A stretch of 64,000 nucleotides of DNA, taken from the NCBI GenBank assembly GCA_900542005.1, contig UQLW01000011.1, forward strand, positions 6,099-70,098, in the 5' to 3' direction. The notes below the pieces were generated by a model that worked only from the letters and a program-made list of their open reading frames with translations, searched no databases and was not told where the DNA came from. Positions 8,034-17,329 of this stretch are shown here, piece after piece. This DNA comes from an uncultured Eubacteriales bacterium. GTDB lineage: Bacteria > Bacillota > Clostridia > Christensenellales > UMGS416. Each line of letters starts with the position of its first letter. The stretch's first letter is position 1. The position numbers and the translations under genes are program-made.

Positions 8034-9389
8034 ATGGAGTCACAGAATATACATAAGGGGCTTGGACGGCTGTCCTCCACAAAGCTCATCCTGCTCGGGT
8101 TTTGCGCCATCATTCTGATCGGCACCGCCCTGTTAAGCCTGCCCGCCGCATCTCGAAACGGCCGGGCAGGCCTAACGGACGCCTTTTTTACCGCTACCTC
8201 GGCTACCTGTGTGACAGGGCTGGTTCGGTTTGATACCTATACCCATTGGTCCCTGTTCGGCCAGGTGGTCATCCTGTGCCTCATTCAGATCGGAGGCATT
8301 GGCTTTATGACCATTGCCCTGTCCCTGCTCTCCTTGACCAAGCGCAAGATCGGCCTGGCTCCCCGGGTGCTGATGCAGGAATCCATCGGCGCGCCTCAGG
8401 TAGGCGGGATGATCCGTATGACCAAGTTTATTCTGGGCGGCACCGCGCTGGTAGAGGGGCTGGGCGCCCTGCTGCTGAGTTTTTATTTTTGTCCCAGGTT
8501 CGGCCTTGCAAAGGGGCTGTACTTTTCGGTATTCCACTCGGTTTCCGCCTTTTGCAATGCCGGATTTGACCTGATGGGCGGCGAGGCGCCCTTCTCATCC
8601 CTTACGCTTATGCGCGATCAGGCGTATGTGAACCTGGTGATTATGGCGCTGATTGTGATCGGCGGGCTTGGCTTTTTCGTGTGGCGCGATCTTGTCGCCA
8701 ACCGTTTCGCTTTTACCCATCTTAAGGTGCATACCAAAATCGTGCTGGCCGTAAGCGGCAGCCTGATCCTGCTGGGCGCGGGCAGCATCCTGCTGCTGGA
8801 GCAGGGCGGGCAGGCGTTTGCCGGGATGCCGCCGGGGGAGCAGGCGCTGGTTTCGCTGTTTCAGTCGGTCTCCGCCCGGACGGCGGGCTTCAACAGCGTG
8901 GATCTGTCGGGCCTGACAGAGGGCAGCCAGTTGATCCTGGTGCTATTGATGCTGATCGGGGGCTCGGCGGGCTCTACCGCCGGCGGCATGAAAACGACCA
9001 CCTTTGCCGTACTGCTCAAAAGCGTTGACACCACCTTCCGGCGCAGGAAATCCGTTGAGCTTTTCGGCCGCCGTATGGAGGAGGGCATTGTCCGAACGGC
9101 GGCCTGCATTGCGATGCTCTACATCACCCTGTCGCTGGCGGTTGCCCTGGTGATCGCCCATATCGAAGGCGTGAGCCTGATGGCCGCCCTGCTGGAAAGC
9201 GTATCGGCCATCGGGACCGTCGGCTTATCCACGGGCATTACGCCCCATATCGGGCTGGTATCCAAAATGCTGCTGGCGATGCTGATGCTTTTCGGCCGCG
9301 TCGGCTCCATCACGATGCTGCTGGCTTTTTCTTCAGAGCGCACCGCGTCGGCTTCCAAGCTGCCGGTGGAAAAAATACAGCTGGGATAG
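8034..9389 (+). CDS. ktrB: TrkH/KtrB-family potassium uptake membrane subunit
   Basis: 451 aa polytopic protein with repeated pore-loop-like TGF/NAGF/TAGF/TVGLSTG motifs. CAGGAGG RBS. Confidence 0.85.
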   Translation: MESQNIHKGLGRLSSTKLILLGFCAIILIGTALLSLPAASRNGRAGLTDAFFTATSATCVTGLVRFDTYTHWSLFGQVVILCLIQIGGIGFMTIALSLLSLTKRKIGLAPRVLMQESIGAPQVGGMIRMTKFILGGTALVEGLGALLLSFYFCPRFGLAKGLYFSVFHSVSAFCNAGFDLMGGEAPFSSLTLMRDQAYVNLVIMALIVIGGLGFFVWRDLVANRFAFTHLKVHTKIVLAVSGSLILLGAGSILLLEQGGQAFAGMPPGEQALVSLFQSVSARTAGFNSVDLSGLTEGSQLILVLLMLIGGSAGSTAGGMKTTTFAVLLKSVDTTFRRRKSVELFGRRMEEGIVRTAACIAMLYITLSLAVALVIAHIEGVSLMAALLESVSAIGTVGLSTGITPHIGLVSKMLLAMLMLFGRVGSITMLLAFSSERTASASKLPVEKIQLG

Positions 9390-9404
9390 AGAAAGGATCA
9401 AAGG

Positions 9405-10049
9405 ATGAAATCCGTACTTGTGATAGGCTTGGGACGCTTCGGGCGGCATATCGCCCGCAGGCTCATTGAAGAGGGCAATACGGTGCTGGCCGTGGAGAAG
9501 GATGAGGAACGGGCCGACGCGGTGGCAGGATTCATAAAAAACGTGCAGATTGCCGACGCTACCAAGGAAGAGTTTATGGAATCGCTGGGGATCGGCAACT
9601 TTGACCTCTGCGTAGTGGCCATTGGCGATGACTTTCAAAGCGCGCTGTTGACCACGGTGCTGCTGAAGGATCTGGGCGGGAAGTTCATCCTGGCCCGGGC
9701 CAGCCGGGATACCTATAAAAAGCTGCTGCTCCGCAACGGCGCGGATCAGGTGGTCTATGCGGAACGGGAGATGGCCGAGCGGCTGGCGGTGAAATACGGC
9801 GCAAAGAATGTATTCGACTATATCGAGCTGGCGCCCGGCTACGCGATCTATGAAATCGCCGTTCCTGCCTCCTGGTATGGCAAAAGCATCCTGGATAAGG
9901 CGGTGCGGACCCGTTACCGTGTGAGCATTCTGGCCACCAAGAAGGGGGGAACCATCGCGCCGCTGCCGCATCCAGATCATGTGTTCACACCGGGAGAAAG
10001 CCTCATGGTGATGGGCGCGCAAGAGGATATACGGGCACTGACCAAATAG
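9405..10049 (+). CDS. ktrA: TrkA/KtrA-family potassium uptake peripheral subunit (RCK, NAD-binding)
   Basis: 214 aa. VLVIGLGRFGRHIARRL Rossmann motif. Immediately downstream of ktrB. Confidence 0.85.
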   Translation: MKSVLVIGLGRFGRHIARRLIEEGNTVLAVEKDEERADAVAGFIKNVQIADATKEEFMESLGIGNFDLCVVAIGDDFQSALLTTVLLKDLGGKFILARASRDTYKKLLLRNGADQVVYAEREMAERLAVKYGAKNVFDYIELAPGYAIYEIAVPASWYGKSILDKAVRTRYRVSILATKKGGTIAPLPHPDHVFTPGESLMVMGAQEDIRALTK

Positions 10050-10057
10050 ACAAAAGG

Positions 10058-10083
10058 GCCGCAGCCGGGCTTTGGGCTGCGGC
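10058..10083 (+). terminator. Hairpin after ktrA (weak terminator candidate)
   Basis: GCCGCAGCC / GGCTGCGGC 9-bp stem with an 8-nt loop. No clear U-tract. Confidence 0.3.
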
Positions 10084-10322
10084 ACCCTGCGCTTAGGCTT
10101 GCTTTAGGGGATATACACGATCCTTATAGGGGCTTAATCCCCCGTATGATAAAATTATATTTTAGACCGGCGCCTTCAGGCCTGGGCATGAGGACGCCTG
10201 AGGGAAGGCGCGGCCCCCGCCCGTGGTCAGCCGCGCTGGACGGCGTCCCACCGTCGCGGTACAATAAAGAAAGCGCCCCGCAGCGGCGCAGGCGCGCGGG
10301 CCTGTGGAAGGAGAATCTGCCC

Positions 10323-11222
10323 ATGCATCAAAACACCATAGCCTGGCAGCAGGAGATAGCGGCGCCTGCTATGAAGGGCGTGCCCAGTCCAGACGTCCAT
10401 CTGATCAACATGGTCTATGCGCTCAGCCTGGAGCTGACGGCAAATCCGACGATTTGCGTCGACGGGGCAGACGGGCTTTGGATCTATTACGAGGGAGCCT
10501 GCTTTGCCTGCGAGGAGCTGCTGCAGGAGTACGGCCTTTCTCTGGCGGTCATTTCGCGCCGCTATCCGCTGCGGTTCTATGGCAACGCCGGCGGGCTGGA
10601 GAGCGTGGAGCTGGAAAGCGCCCTTTCGGCCGACGGCCAACGGCTGACCCTGATGAAGAAAAATGTTTCCGGTCAGGATTTTGACCAGATCAGCAACCTC
10701 TGCCTGCGGATAAAGGCAGGCTCTGCCCCCTGCCGGGATGCGATCAAGGCAGCGCTGTCGGCCCTGGATTACCGGCGGGATTATCTGGCGCTGCGCCGCA
10801 CAAGCTACGCGCAGCAGGCGCTGGCCGATGCGGGGGAGCTGAACCCGGATACCTATTACCGGTACATCCCCCTAAGCGGCGATGGGGAGGCAACCGCGGC
10901 GGCAGTCAATCTGCCGCTGGAGCGTCAGGTCGAGCTGTGGCTGCTTCTTTTGCAGGATCATATTTCCGTCCTGGAGCTGTCCTATGTGCTGGAGGCTGTG
11001 GAGCGGGAGGTGCTGTACAGCTATTTTACCTGGGAGCTGTCTCTGCGCCTGGCCATGTCAAAATCCGGCTGCAGGGTCTGCTATGGCCCGGAAGGCTTCC
11101 AGCTGATAGACGGCGAAGGCAAACGGCTGCGATACGGCTTTAACAAGGGAAGCGATGGGGAACGGCTGCTGCTCAAGTTCCTTTTCCCGGCTATACCGGC
11201 TTCCCGGCAGCAATCTTTATGA
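10323..11222 (+). CDS. Hypothetical protein, no recognisable domain
   Basis: 299 aa from the ATG at 10323 (GAAGGAGA 8 nt upstream). Good G/C third-position bias. The upstream part of track ORF 10146.. is Arg/Pro-rich and looks non-coding. Confidence 0.55.
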   Translation: MHQNTIAWQQEIAAPAMKGVPSPDVHLINMVYALSLELTANPTICVDGADGLWIYYEGACFACEELLQEYGLSLAVISRRYPLRFYGNAGGLESVELESALSADGQRLTLMKKNVSGQDFDQISNLCLRIKAGSAPCRDAIKAALSALDYRRDYLALRRTSYAQQALADAGELNPDTYYRYIPLSGDGEATAAAVNLPLERQVELWLLLLQDHISVLELSYVLEAVEREVLYSYFTWELSLRLAMSKSGCRVCYGPEGFQLIDGEGKRLRYGFNKGSDGERLLLKFLFPAIPASRQQSL

Positions 11223-11311
11223 AATCTTTATGCGGGAGGAAAAAGGATAACGCCATGCTAACGGCGTTACCGGTATAAAGATAGTGCAAGCATAGGGAAG
11301 GAGGAAGCGGC

Positions 11312-14017
11312 ATGACCCAGACAAGGGCGACGCCCGATGAGCTGCTGCGGCGGATGGAGCAGCAGCAGCGCGATAAGAACCGGGGAAAGCTGAAAATTTT
11401 CTTTGGATATGCCGCCGGCGTAGGGAAAACCTATGCGATGCTGGAGGCTGCGCATGCCGCCCAGATGCAGGGCGTCGATGTGGTCGCAGGCTATATTGAG
11501 CCCCATACGAGGCCGCAGACCATGAAGCTGCTGGAGGGCCTGGAGCAGATCCAGCCGCTGCTTATTCCCTATAAGGGCATCACGCTGAGGGAATTCGATC
11601 TGGACAGCGCCATCCGCCGTCATCCGCAGCTGATTTTGGTCGATGAGCTGGCCCACACCAATGCCGAGAGCTGCCGCCATGTCAAGCGCTATCAGGATAT
11701 TGAGGAGCTGCTGAAGGTGGGCATCGACGTCTATACCACGGTCAACGTGCAGCACATTGAAAGCCTCAACGATATCGTCGCTTCGGTGACGGGCGTGCAG
11801 GTGAGGGAGCGTATTCCGGATCACGTCTTTGACGACGCCGACCAGGTCGAGCTGGTGGATATTGAACCGGAGGATCTTATCAAGCGGCTGAACGATGGGA
11901 AGGTATACGGGAAAACCCAGGCTGAACGGGCGCTGGGGAATTTCTTTACGGTTGAAAACCTGATTTCGCTGAGAGAAATCGCCCTGCGCCGCAGCGCAGA
12001 CCGTGTCAACCGCCTGGCTGAGCGCGCCAAGCAGGCCTCAGCCCAGGGCGGCCATTATACAGACGAGCATATCCTGGTATGCCTATCGCCCGCGCCGTCC
12101 AATGCGAAGATCCTGCGGACGGCGGCGCGCATGGCCAACGCCTTTAAGGGCCGGTTTACCGCGCTGTTCGTGCAGACGCCGGCCTTCAGCCATATGTCCA
12201 AGGAGAACAAGCTGCGCCTGCAGGCCAACGTCAAGCTGGCCCGGCAGCTGGGCGCCCGCATTGAGACGGTATACGGCGATGATGTGCCCTTTCAGATCGC
12301 GGAATTCGCCCGGCTGACGGGCGCCAGCAAGGTGGTGGTGGGCAGAAGCAACACGCAGCGGCGGCTGCTGATGCTGGGGCGGCAGCGCTTTATCGACAGG
12401 CTGACCGTCCTGGCGCCGAATCTTGATATCTATGTGATCCCGGAAATCAAGCGGCAGCCCTTCCGGGAGGCCCGTTACCGGGCAAAGCCGGTCTTTACCC
12501 TGCAGGACACGCTGAAAAGCTGCCTGCTCCTGCTGGGCGCCACGCTGCTGGGCTGGATCTTTGAGCGGCTGGGCTTCAGCGAGGCGAATATTATTACCGT
12601 CTATATCCTGGGTGTGCTGGTGACGGCAATTGTGACCTCTAACCGCAGCTACAGCATCTTTTCGGCACTGCTGAGCGTGATTGTCTTCAATTTCCTCTTT
12701 ACGGATCCCCGGTATTCGCTTACAGCCTATGATTCAGGCTATCCGGTTACCTTCCTCGTCATGTTCCTGGCCGCCTTCCTTACCGGCTCCCTGGCGGCGC
12801 GGATCAAAAGCCAGGCTAAGCAATCGGCCCGCACAGCCTACCGCACGCAGCTGCTGCTGGAGACAAACCAGCTGCTGCAGCAGGAGAAAACGCCGGAGGG
12901 GATTGCCGAGGCCACAGCCCGCCAGCTCATGAAGCTGTTGGGGAAAAGCGTGGTCTTCTACGGCGTAAAGGACGACGCCCTGACTGAGCCGCGGATTTTC
13001 AGCGCGGGGAAGGAGGACGAGCGCCTGGAGCGGCTCATGACCGACAACGAAAAGGCGGTCGCGCAGTGGGCTTTCCGGAATAACAAGCATGCGGGCGCCA
13101 CCACCAACACCCTGGGAAGCGCACAGGGGCTTTACCTGGCGGTGCGCGGCTCCGACGGCGTATATGGCGTGATGGGCATCGCCCTGCAGGGCGGAAGCCT
13201 GGATGCCTTTGAAAACAACCTGGTTTTATCCATGCTGAGCGAATGCGCCCTGGCGCTGGAGCGGGATCTATTCAGCCGCAAGCGGGAGGAGGCGGCCATG
13301 CAGGCAAAGAACGAACAGCTGCGGGCCAACCTGCTGCGCTCCATCTCCCATGACCTGCGTACGCCGCTGACCAGTATTTCGGGTAACGCCGGGGTGCTGC
13401 TTAACAACGCCGGCACCCTGGACGACGCCAAGCTGCACAAGCTGTATATGGATATATATGACGACTCCATGTGGCTCATCAACCTGGTGGAAAACCTGCT
13501 GTCGGTGACGCGCATTGAGGATGGTACCATGCACCTGACGATGGAAGCGGAGCTGCTGGAGGAAGTGATCACCGAGGCGCTGCGCCATATTAACCGCAAG
13601 AGCACGGAGCATACCATCCGTGTGGTGCCCCCGCAGGGCTTTGTGATGGCGCGCATGGACGCGCGCCTGATTGTGCAGGTAATCATCAACATTGTGGATA
13701 ACGCCATCAAATATACCCCGGTAGGCTCGGAAATTGTCATCCGTGCGGTGACAAAGGGCAAAACGGTGGAAGTGAGCATTGCTGATGACGGCCCCGGCAT
13801 ACCGGACGAGGCCAAGGCCCGCATCTTCGATATGTTCTACACGGCCAAGGCCACCAAGGCGGGCGCCGACAGCCGGCGCGGCCTGGGCCTGGGGCTGGCG
13901 CTGTGCAGGTCGATTATAACGGCACACGGCGGCACGATTGCGGTGGAAGACAATCATCCCCATGGTACGATATTCCGGTTTACCTTGCAGGCAGAGGAGG
14001 TCAGCATCCATGAATAA
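11312..14017 (+). CDS. kdpD: Sensor histidine kinase KdpD (KdpD N-terminal domain, USP-like, 4 TM, GAF-like, HisKA, HATPase)
   Basis: 901 aa. N-terminal GKLKIFFGYAAGVGKTYAML P-loop, H-box ISHDLRTPL, and G-boxes near the C-terminus. Confidence 0.92.
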   Translation: MTQTRATPDELLRRMEQQQRDKNRGKLKIFFGYAAGVGKTYAMLEAAHAAQMQGVDVVAGYIEPHTRPQTMKLLEGLEQIQPLLIPYKGITLREFDLDSAIRRHPQLILVDELAHTNAESCRHVKRYQDIEELLKVGIDVYTTVNVQHIESLNDIVASVTGVQVRERIPDHVFDDADQVELVDIEPEDLIKRLNDGKVYGKTQAERALGNFFTVENLISLREIALRRSADRVNRLAERAKQASAQGGHYTDEHILVCLSPAPSNAKILRTAARMANAFKGRFTALFVQTPAFSHMSKENKLRLQANVKLARQLGARIETVYGDDVPFQIAEFARLTGASKVVVGRSNTQRRLLMLGRQRFIDRLTVLAPNLDIYVIPEIKRQPFREARYRAKPVFTLQDTLKSCLLLLGATLLGWIFERLGFSEANIITVYILGVLVTAIVTSNRSYSIFSALLSVIVFNFLFTDPRYSLTAYDSGYPVTFLVMFLAAFLTGSLAARIKSQAKQSARTAYRTQLLLETNQLLQQEKTPEGIAEATARQLMKLLGKSVVFYGVKDDALTEPRIFSAGKEDERLERLMTDNEKAVAQWAFRNNKHAGATTNTLGSAQGLYLAVRGSDGVYGVMGIALQGGSLDAFENNLVLSMLSECALALERDLFSRKREEAAMQAKNEQLRANLLRSISHDLRTPLTSISGNAGVLLNNAGTLDDAKLHKLYMDIYDDSMWLINLVENLLSVTRIEDGTMHLTMEAELLEEVITEALRHINRKSTEHTIRVVPPQGFVMARMDARLIVQVIINIVDNAIKYTPVGSEIVIRAVTKGKTVEVSIADDGPGIPDEAKARIFDMFYTAKATKAGADSRRGLGLGLALCRSIITAHGGTIAVEDNHPHGTIFRFTLQAEEVSIHE

Positions 14018-14705
14018 ACCCTTAATCCTGATTGTGGAGGACGATACGGCGGTTCGGAACCTGATCGCTACGACGCTGGAAACCCAGGATTACCGATTCC
14101 ATACCGCGCAGACCGGCGCCCAGGCGGTATTTGAGGCCGTTTCGCAAAAGCCCGATATCATCCTGCTGGATCTGGGGCTGCCGGATATGGATGGCGTGGA
14201 TATCATTAAAAAGATCCGTTCCTGGTCGACAAAGCCGATTATCGTCATCAGCGCCCGAAGCGAGGACCGAGATAAGATCGAAGCGCTGGACGCAGGCGCC
14301 GATGATTATTTGACCAAGCCCTTCTCCGTGGAGGAGCTGCTGGCCCGGCTGCGGGTTACGATCCGGCGGCTTAGCTACGGCGAGACGCAGCAGGCGGAGG
14401 AGACAGCCTTTGCCAATGGCGAGCTTACGATCGACTATGCCTCCGGCTGCGCCTTCCTGGGCGGGCAGGAGCTGCATCTGACGCCCATTGAATATAAGCT
14501 GCTGTGCCTGCTGGCAAAGAACGTGGGCAAGGTGCTTACCCATACCTACATCACCCGGGAGATATGGGGTACCTCCTGGAACAGCGACGTGGCTTCGCTG
14601 CGGGTCTTTATGGCCACGCTGCGCAAGAAGATTGAACCCGACCCCTCCCAGCCCAAGTATATCCAGACCCATGTGGGCGTAGGATACCGGATGCTCCGGC
14701 TGTAG
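14010..14705 (+). CDS. kdpE: OmpR-family response regulator KdpE
   Basis: 231 aa from MNKPLILIVEDD. Receiver domain plus winged-helix C-terminus (YIQTHVGVGYRM). 8-nt overlap with kdpD. Confidence 0.9.
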   Translation: MNKPLILIVEDDTAVRNLIATTLETQDYRFHTAQTGAQAVFEAVSQKPDIILLDLGLPDMDGVDIIKKIRSWSTKPIIVISARSEDRDKIEALDAGADDYLTKPFSVEELLARLRVTIRRLSYGETQQAEETAFANGELTIDYASGCAFLGGQELHLTPIEYKLLCLLAKNVGKVLTHTYITREIWGTSWNSDVASLRVFMATLRKKIEPDPSQPKYIQTHVGVGYRMLRL

Positions 14706-14739
14706 GCGACGGTATTTTGATGAGGGAACCATAGAACAA

Positions 14740-14768
14740 GGGCCGCGGGATATTCCCGCGGCCCCTTT
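14740..14768. terminator. Bidirectional terminator between kdpE and the convergent sugar operon
   Basis: GGGCCGCGGGA / TCCCGCGGCCC stem with a short loop, followed by CTTTGA. Confidence 0.55.
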
Positions 14769-14838
14769 GATGCTGCCCTGAAAGGCTGCTGCGCAGCATG
14801 CAGGCCCAAGGACACAGCACAAGGCTGTGCCTAAAAAG

Positions 14839-15714
14839 CTATTTCCTCTCCAACTGATCTCGAAGGTAGGCGACCGAGTCAGCGGCCCACTGATCGAGCA
14901 GACCCGCATCCGCCCCGCCGGACAGGTCGCGCCAGACCTTAATATCCGCGCCAACCTGTCCACCCATCTGGACGAAGGGCTCCATCACCACGGCGCCGCT
15001 ATACCCGATATCGCGGAGCGCGGAGCCGACTTCAGCCCAGGGGATCCGGCCGCCGGGCCGGGGCGGGCGCCGGTTGGCCTCGCCCACATGGAAGTGGCCC
15101 AGATGGCTGCCGGCCAGGCGAATCGCCTCTGGAATCGAATCCTCCTCGATGTTCATATGGAAGGTATCCAGCATAACCCTGACGTTGGCCCGGCCGACCG
15201 CCTGCACATAGTCCACCGCTTCCCGCGCATCGTTGATGAGATAGCCTTCAAAGCGGTTCAGGCTCTCCATATTCAGCGTAATGCCGTAATCCTCTGCCAA
15301 CGCAGCCAGCCGCTGCATACCGGCCACGCTTCGCGCCCAGTCGCCGGCTTTGTCCGGTATCCGGCTGTAATCTACAGGCCAGTAGGAATAAAGGGCGCCG
15401 CCCAGGCTGCGGATGCCGGCCAACTGCATCTTGTGGAAGGTAACGCGGTAGAAATCCAAGGCAGCCGCCACAGCTTCAGGGTCAGCGCTGGCCAGGTTGT
15501 GCTCCGGCCGGGGGCCATAGCCTCCGGTCAGCTCGATCCCCTGCAGGGCCGCCTCCTGGCCCAGCTCGCGCAGGGCCCCGTCCGGCTGCTGGAACATGGC
15601 CCCGCAGGCCACCTCGAGGATATCGAAGCCAAGCCGCTTGACCCTGGACACATAGGGCAGAAAATCCCCGCCCCAGGCCTTCTCCCAATAGGCGTAGTAA
15701 ATCCCATAGCGCAT
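14839..15714 (-). CDS. D-psicose (D-allulose)/D-tagatose 3-epimerase-family ketose epimerase
   Basis: 291 aa. The MRYGIYYAYWEKAWGG N-terminus, ESLNRFE and DTFHMNIEE are hallmark motifs of the DPEase/DTEase TIM-barrel family. Confidence 0.8.
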   Translation of the reverse strand: MRYGIYYAYWEKAWGGDFLPYVSRVKRLGFDILEVACGAMFQQPDGALRELGQEAALQGIELTGGYGPRPEHNLASADPEAVAAALDFYRVTFHKMQLAGIRSLGGALYSYWPVDYSRIPDKAGDWARSVAGMQRLAALAEDYGITLNMESLNRFEGYLINDAREAVDYVQAVGRANVRVMLDTFHMNIEEDSIPEAIRLAGSHLGHFHVGEANRRPPRPGGRIPWAEVGSALRDIGYSGAVVMEPFVQMGGQVGADIKVWRDLSGGADAGLLDQWAADSVAYLRDQLERK

Positions 15715-15719
15715 GGCGA

Positions 15720-16745
15720 TCAGGCCTCCATATCGATGATGACCTTCATCGCCTTATCCTTTGCCTGCTCAATGAGCGTATAGGCGCTGGCATAGTCGGA
15801 GAAAGGCACATGGTGGGTTATGAGCGCGTCGAATTCGATCAACCCATCGCCGACCAGGCGGATGGCTTCCCGGTAATCCTCCACCCGGTACATGGCCGAT
15901 CCGGAGATGCGCAGCTCATGGTCCTGTACGAAGCCCATATCGATGGCACAAAGGTCGGGCACCACGCCGACGACCAGGATATCGCTTCCCTTGCGGGCGA
16001 TATCCACCGCCTCTTTGATGGTGCGGGAGCTGCCGATGCACTCGATGATGACGTCGGCCCCATCAGCGCCGAAGGCCTGGAGGATGCCGTCCTTCAGGGA
16101 GATTTCCTTGGGGTTCATGGCGGAAATGCCGCAGCGGGCCGCCGCCTCGAGGCGATAGGCGGAAATTTCCGAAAGAAGTACAGCGCGGGCGCCCATCGCC
16201 TTGGCGGCCTGGGCGGTCAGGTTCCCGATGGGGCCGCCGCCAATCACGCATACGCGCTTGCCCGATACCCCGCCGGGTATACGGCGGACGGCGTGGACAG
16301 CTACGGCCAGCGGCTCGATCATGGCGCCATGGTCATAGCTCATGGTTTCCGGCAGCTTCAGGGCCTTGGCCGCCTCGGTCACGAAGTATTCGCTGGCCAT
16401 GCCGGTGGTCTGGAAGCCCATCACCTTCAGCGATTCGCAGTCGTTATAGAGGCCGTGGGTGCAGGGATAGCAATGGCCGCAGACCACCTGGGGCTGGATG
16501 GTGACAAGGTCGCCGGGGACGAAATCGGTAACCTCGGAGCCGACGCGGGTAACCACCGCGGAAACCTCGTGCCCCTGTACCACAGGATAGGAGGTATAGG
16601 GGTGCTTGCCATACCAGACATGGATGTCGCTGCCGCATACGCCGATGCGCTTCATCTTCACCTCAATCTGATCGGGCTTTATCTCGGGGATGGGCACATC
16701 CTGGTAGATGATTTCGCCGGGCTTGACCATAACGGCTTGTTTCAT
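15720..16745 (-). CDS. Zn-dependent medium-chain polyol/alcohol dehydrogenase
   Basis: 341 aa. GVCGSDIHVW, GHEVSAVV and a GGGPIGNL Rossmann motif. Stop is 5 nt upstream of the epimerase start. Confidence 0.8.
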   Translation of the reverse strand: MKQAVMVKPGEIIYQDVPIPEIKPDQIEVKMKRIGVCGSDIHVWYGKHPYTSYPVVQGHEVSAVVTRVGSEVTDFVPGDLVTIQPQVVCGHCYPCTHGLYNDCESLKVMGFQTTGMASEYFVTEAAKALKLPETMSYDHGAMIEPLAVAVHAVRRIPGGVSGKRVCVIGGGPIGNLTAQAAKAMGARAVLLSEISAYRLEAAARCGISAMNPKEISLKDGILQAFGADGADVIIECIGSSRTIKEAVDIARKGSDILVVGVVPDLCAIDMGFVQDHELRISGSAMYRVEDYREAIRLVGDGLIEFDALITHHVPFSDYASAYTLIEQAKDKAMKVIIDMEA

Positions 16746-16771
16746 GGGGGGCCTCCTTTGCCTTTTTTGCC

Positions 16772-16800
16772 ATTATGCGGAAGAAAATCCGGTAAGTCAA
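16772..16800 (-). promoter_or_regulatory. Sigma-A-type promoter candidate for the dehydrogenase-epimerase operon
   Basis: Minus strand TTGACT, 17 nt, CATAAT. Confidence 0.45.
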
Positions 16801-16891
16801 TCGGCTTTGGGCACCGCGCCAAAGGATTCCATGATCTGGACAAAATCATCCATAGTAAAGAAGGGGGAATTATTCTGTCAAGGGTAAGGGC

Positions 16892-16919
16892 TTGACAAAG
16901 GGCGGTAAATGGGTATAAT
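16892..16919 (+). promoter_or_regulatory. Sigma-A-type promoter candidate for ylxM-ffh
   Basis: TTGACA, 16 nt, TATAAT. Confidence 0.55.
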
Positions 16920-16975
16920 AAATCTGTCAAGGCTTCAGCCTTTACAGACTTGCTGGCAGAGGAACAGGAATCGGC

Positions 16976-17329
16976 ATGGAAAAGCACGTCAGGATCGGGT
17001 GGCTGCTGGATTTCTACGGCGGCCTTTTGACCGGGCGGCAGCGCCAGATGCTCGCCAGCTATTATGACGAGGATCTATCCTTGGCAGAGATTGCCCAGGA
17101 ACAGGGCGTAAGCCGCCAGGCGGTGCACGACGCGCTCCGCCGGGGCGAAGCGGCGCTGGAGGGCCTGGAGCAGCGGCTGGGGCTTCTCAGCCGCCATTTG
17201 GCGCTGGGCGAGGTGCTTGCCCGGGGTCAGCGCATTCTGGAGGAGGCTGAGCCGGATACGGAAGCGCTTCGCCGCGTGCTGGATCAGGCGGTGCAGATAT
17301 GGGAAAGGGAGGGCGAACATGGCCTTTGA
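16976..17329 (+). CDS. ylxM: YlxM/UPF0122 putative DNA-binding protein associated with ffh
   Basis: 117 aa. LLDFYGGLLTGRQRQMLASYYDEDLSLAEIAQEQGVSRQAVHDALRR is the YlxM signature. Conserved position before ffh. Confidence 0.88.
   Translation: MEKHVRIGWLLDFYGGLLTGRQRQMLASYYDEDLSLAEIAQEQGVSRQAVHDALRRGEAALEGLEQRLGLLSRHLALGEVLARGQRILEEAEPDTEALRRVLDQAVQIWEREGEHGL

Noticed and set aside
10146-10322. Upstream extension of the 10323 gene to the ATG at 10146.
   Set aside because: The extra 59 residues are Arg/Pro/Gly-rich. The extension begins in an A/T-rich promoter-like segment, and the internal ATG has a strong GAAGGAGA SD.
16874-16932. 10-bp direct repeat TCTGTCAAGG (16874 and 16923) flanking the ylxM promoter.
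   Set aside because: On the minus strand each copy reads CCTTGACAGA and so contains a -35-like TTGACA. They are most simply explained as promoter-like hexamers in a divergent promoter region, not a dedicated regulator site.
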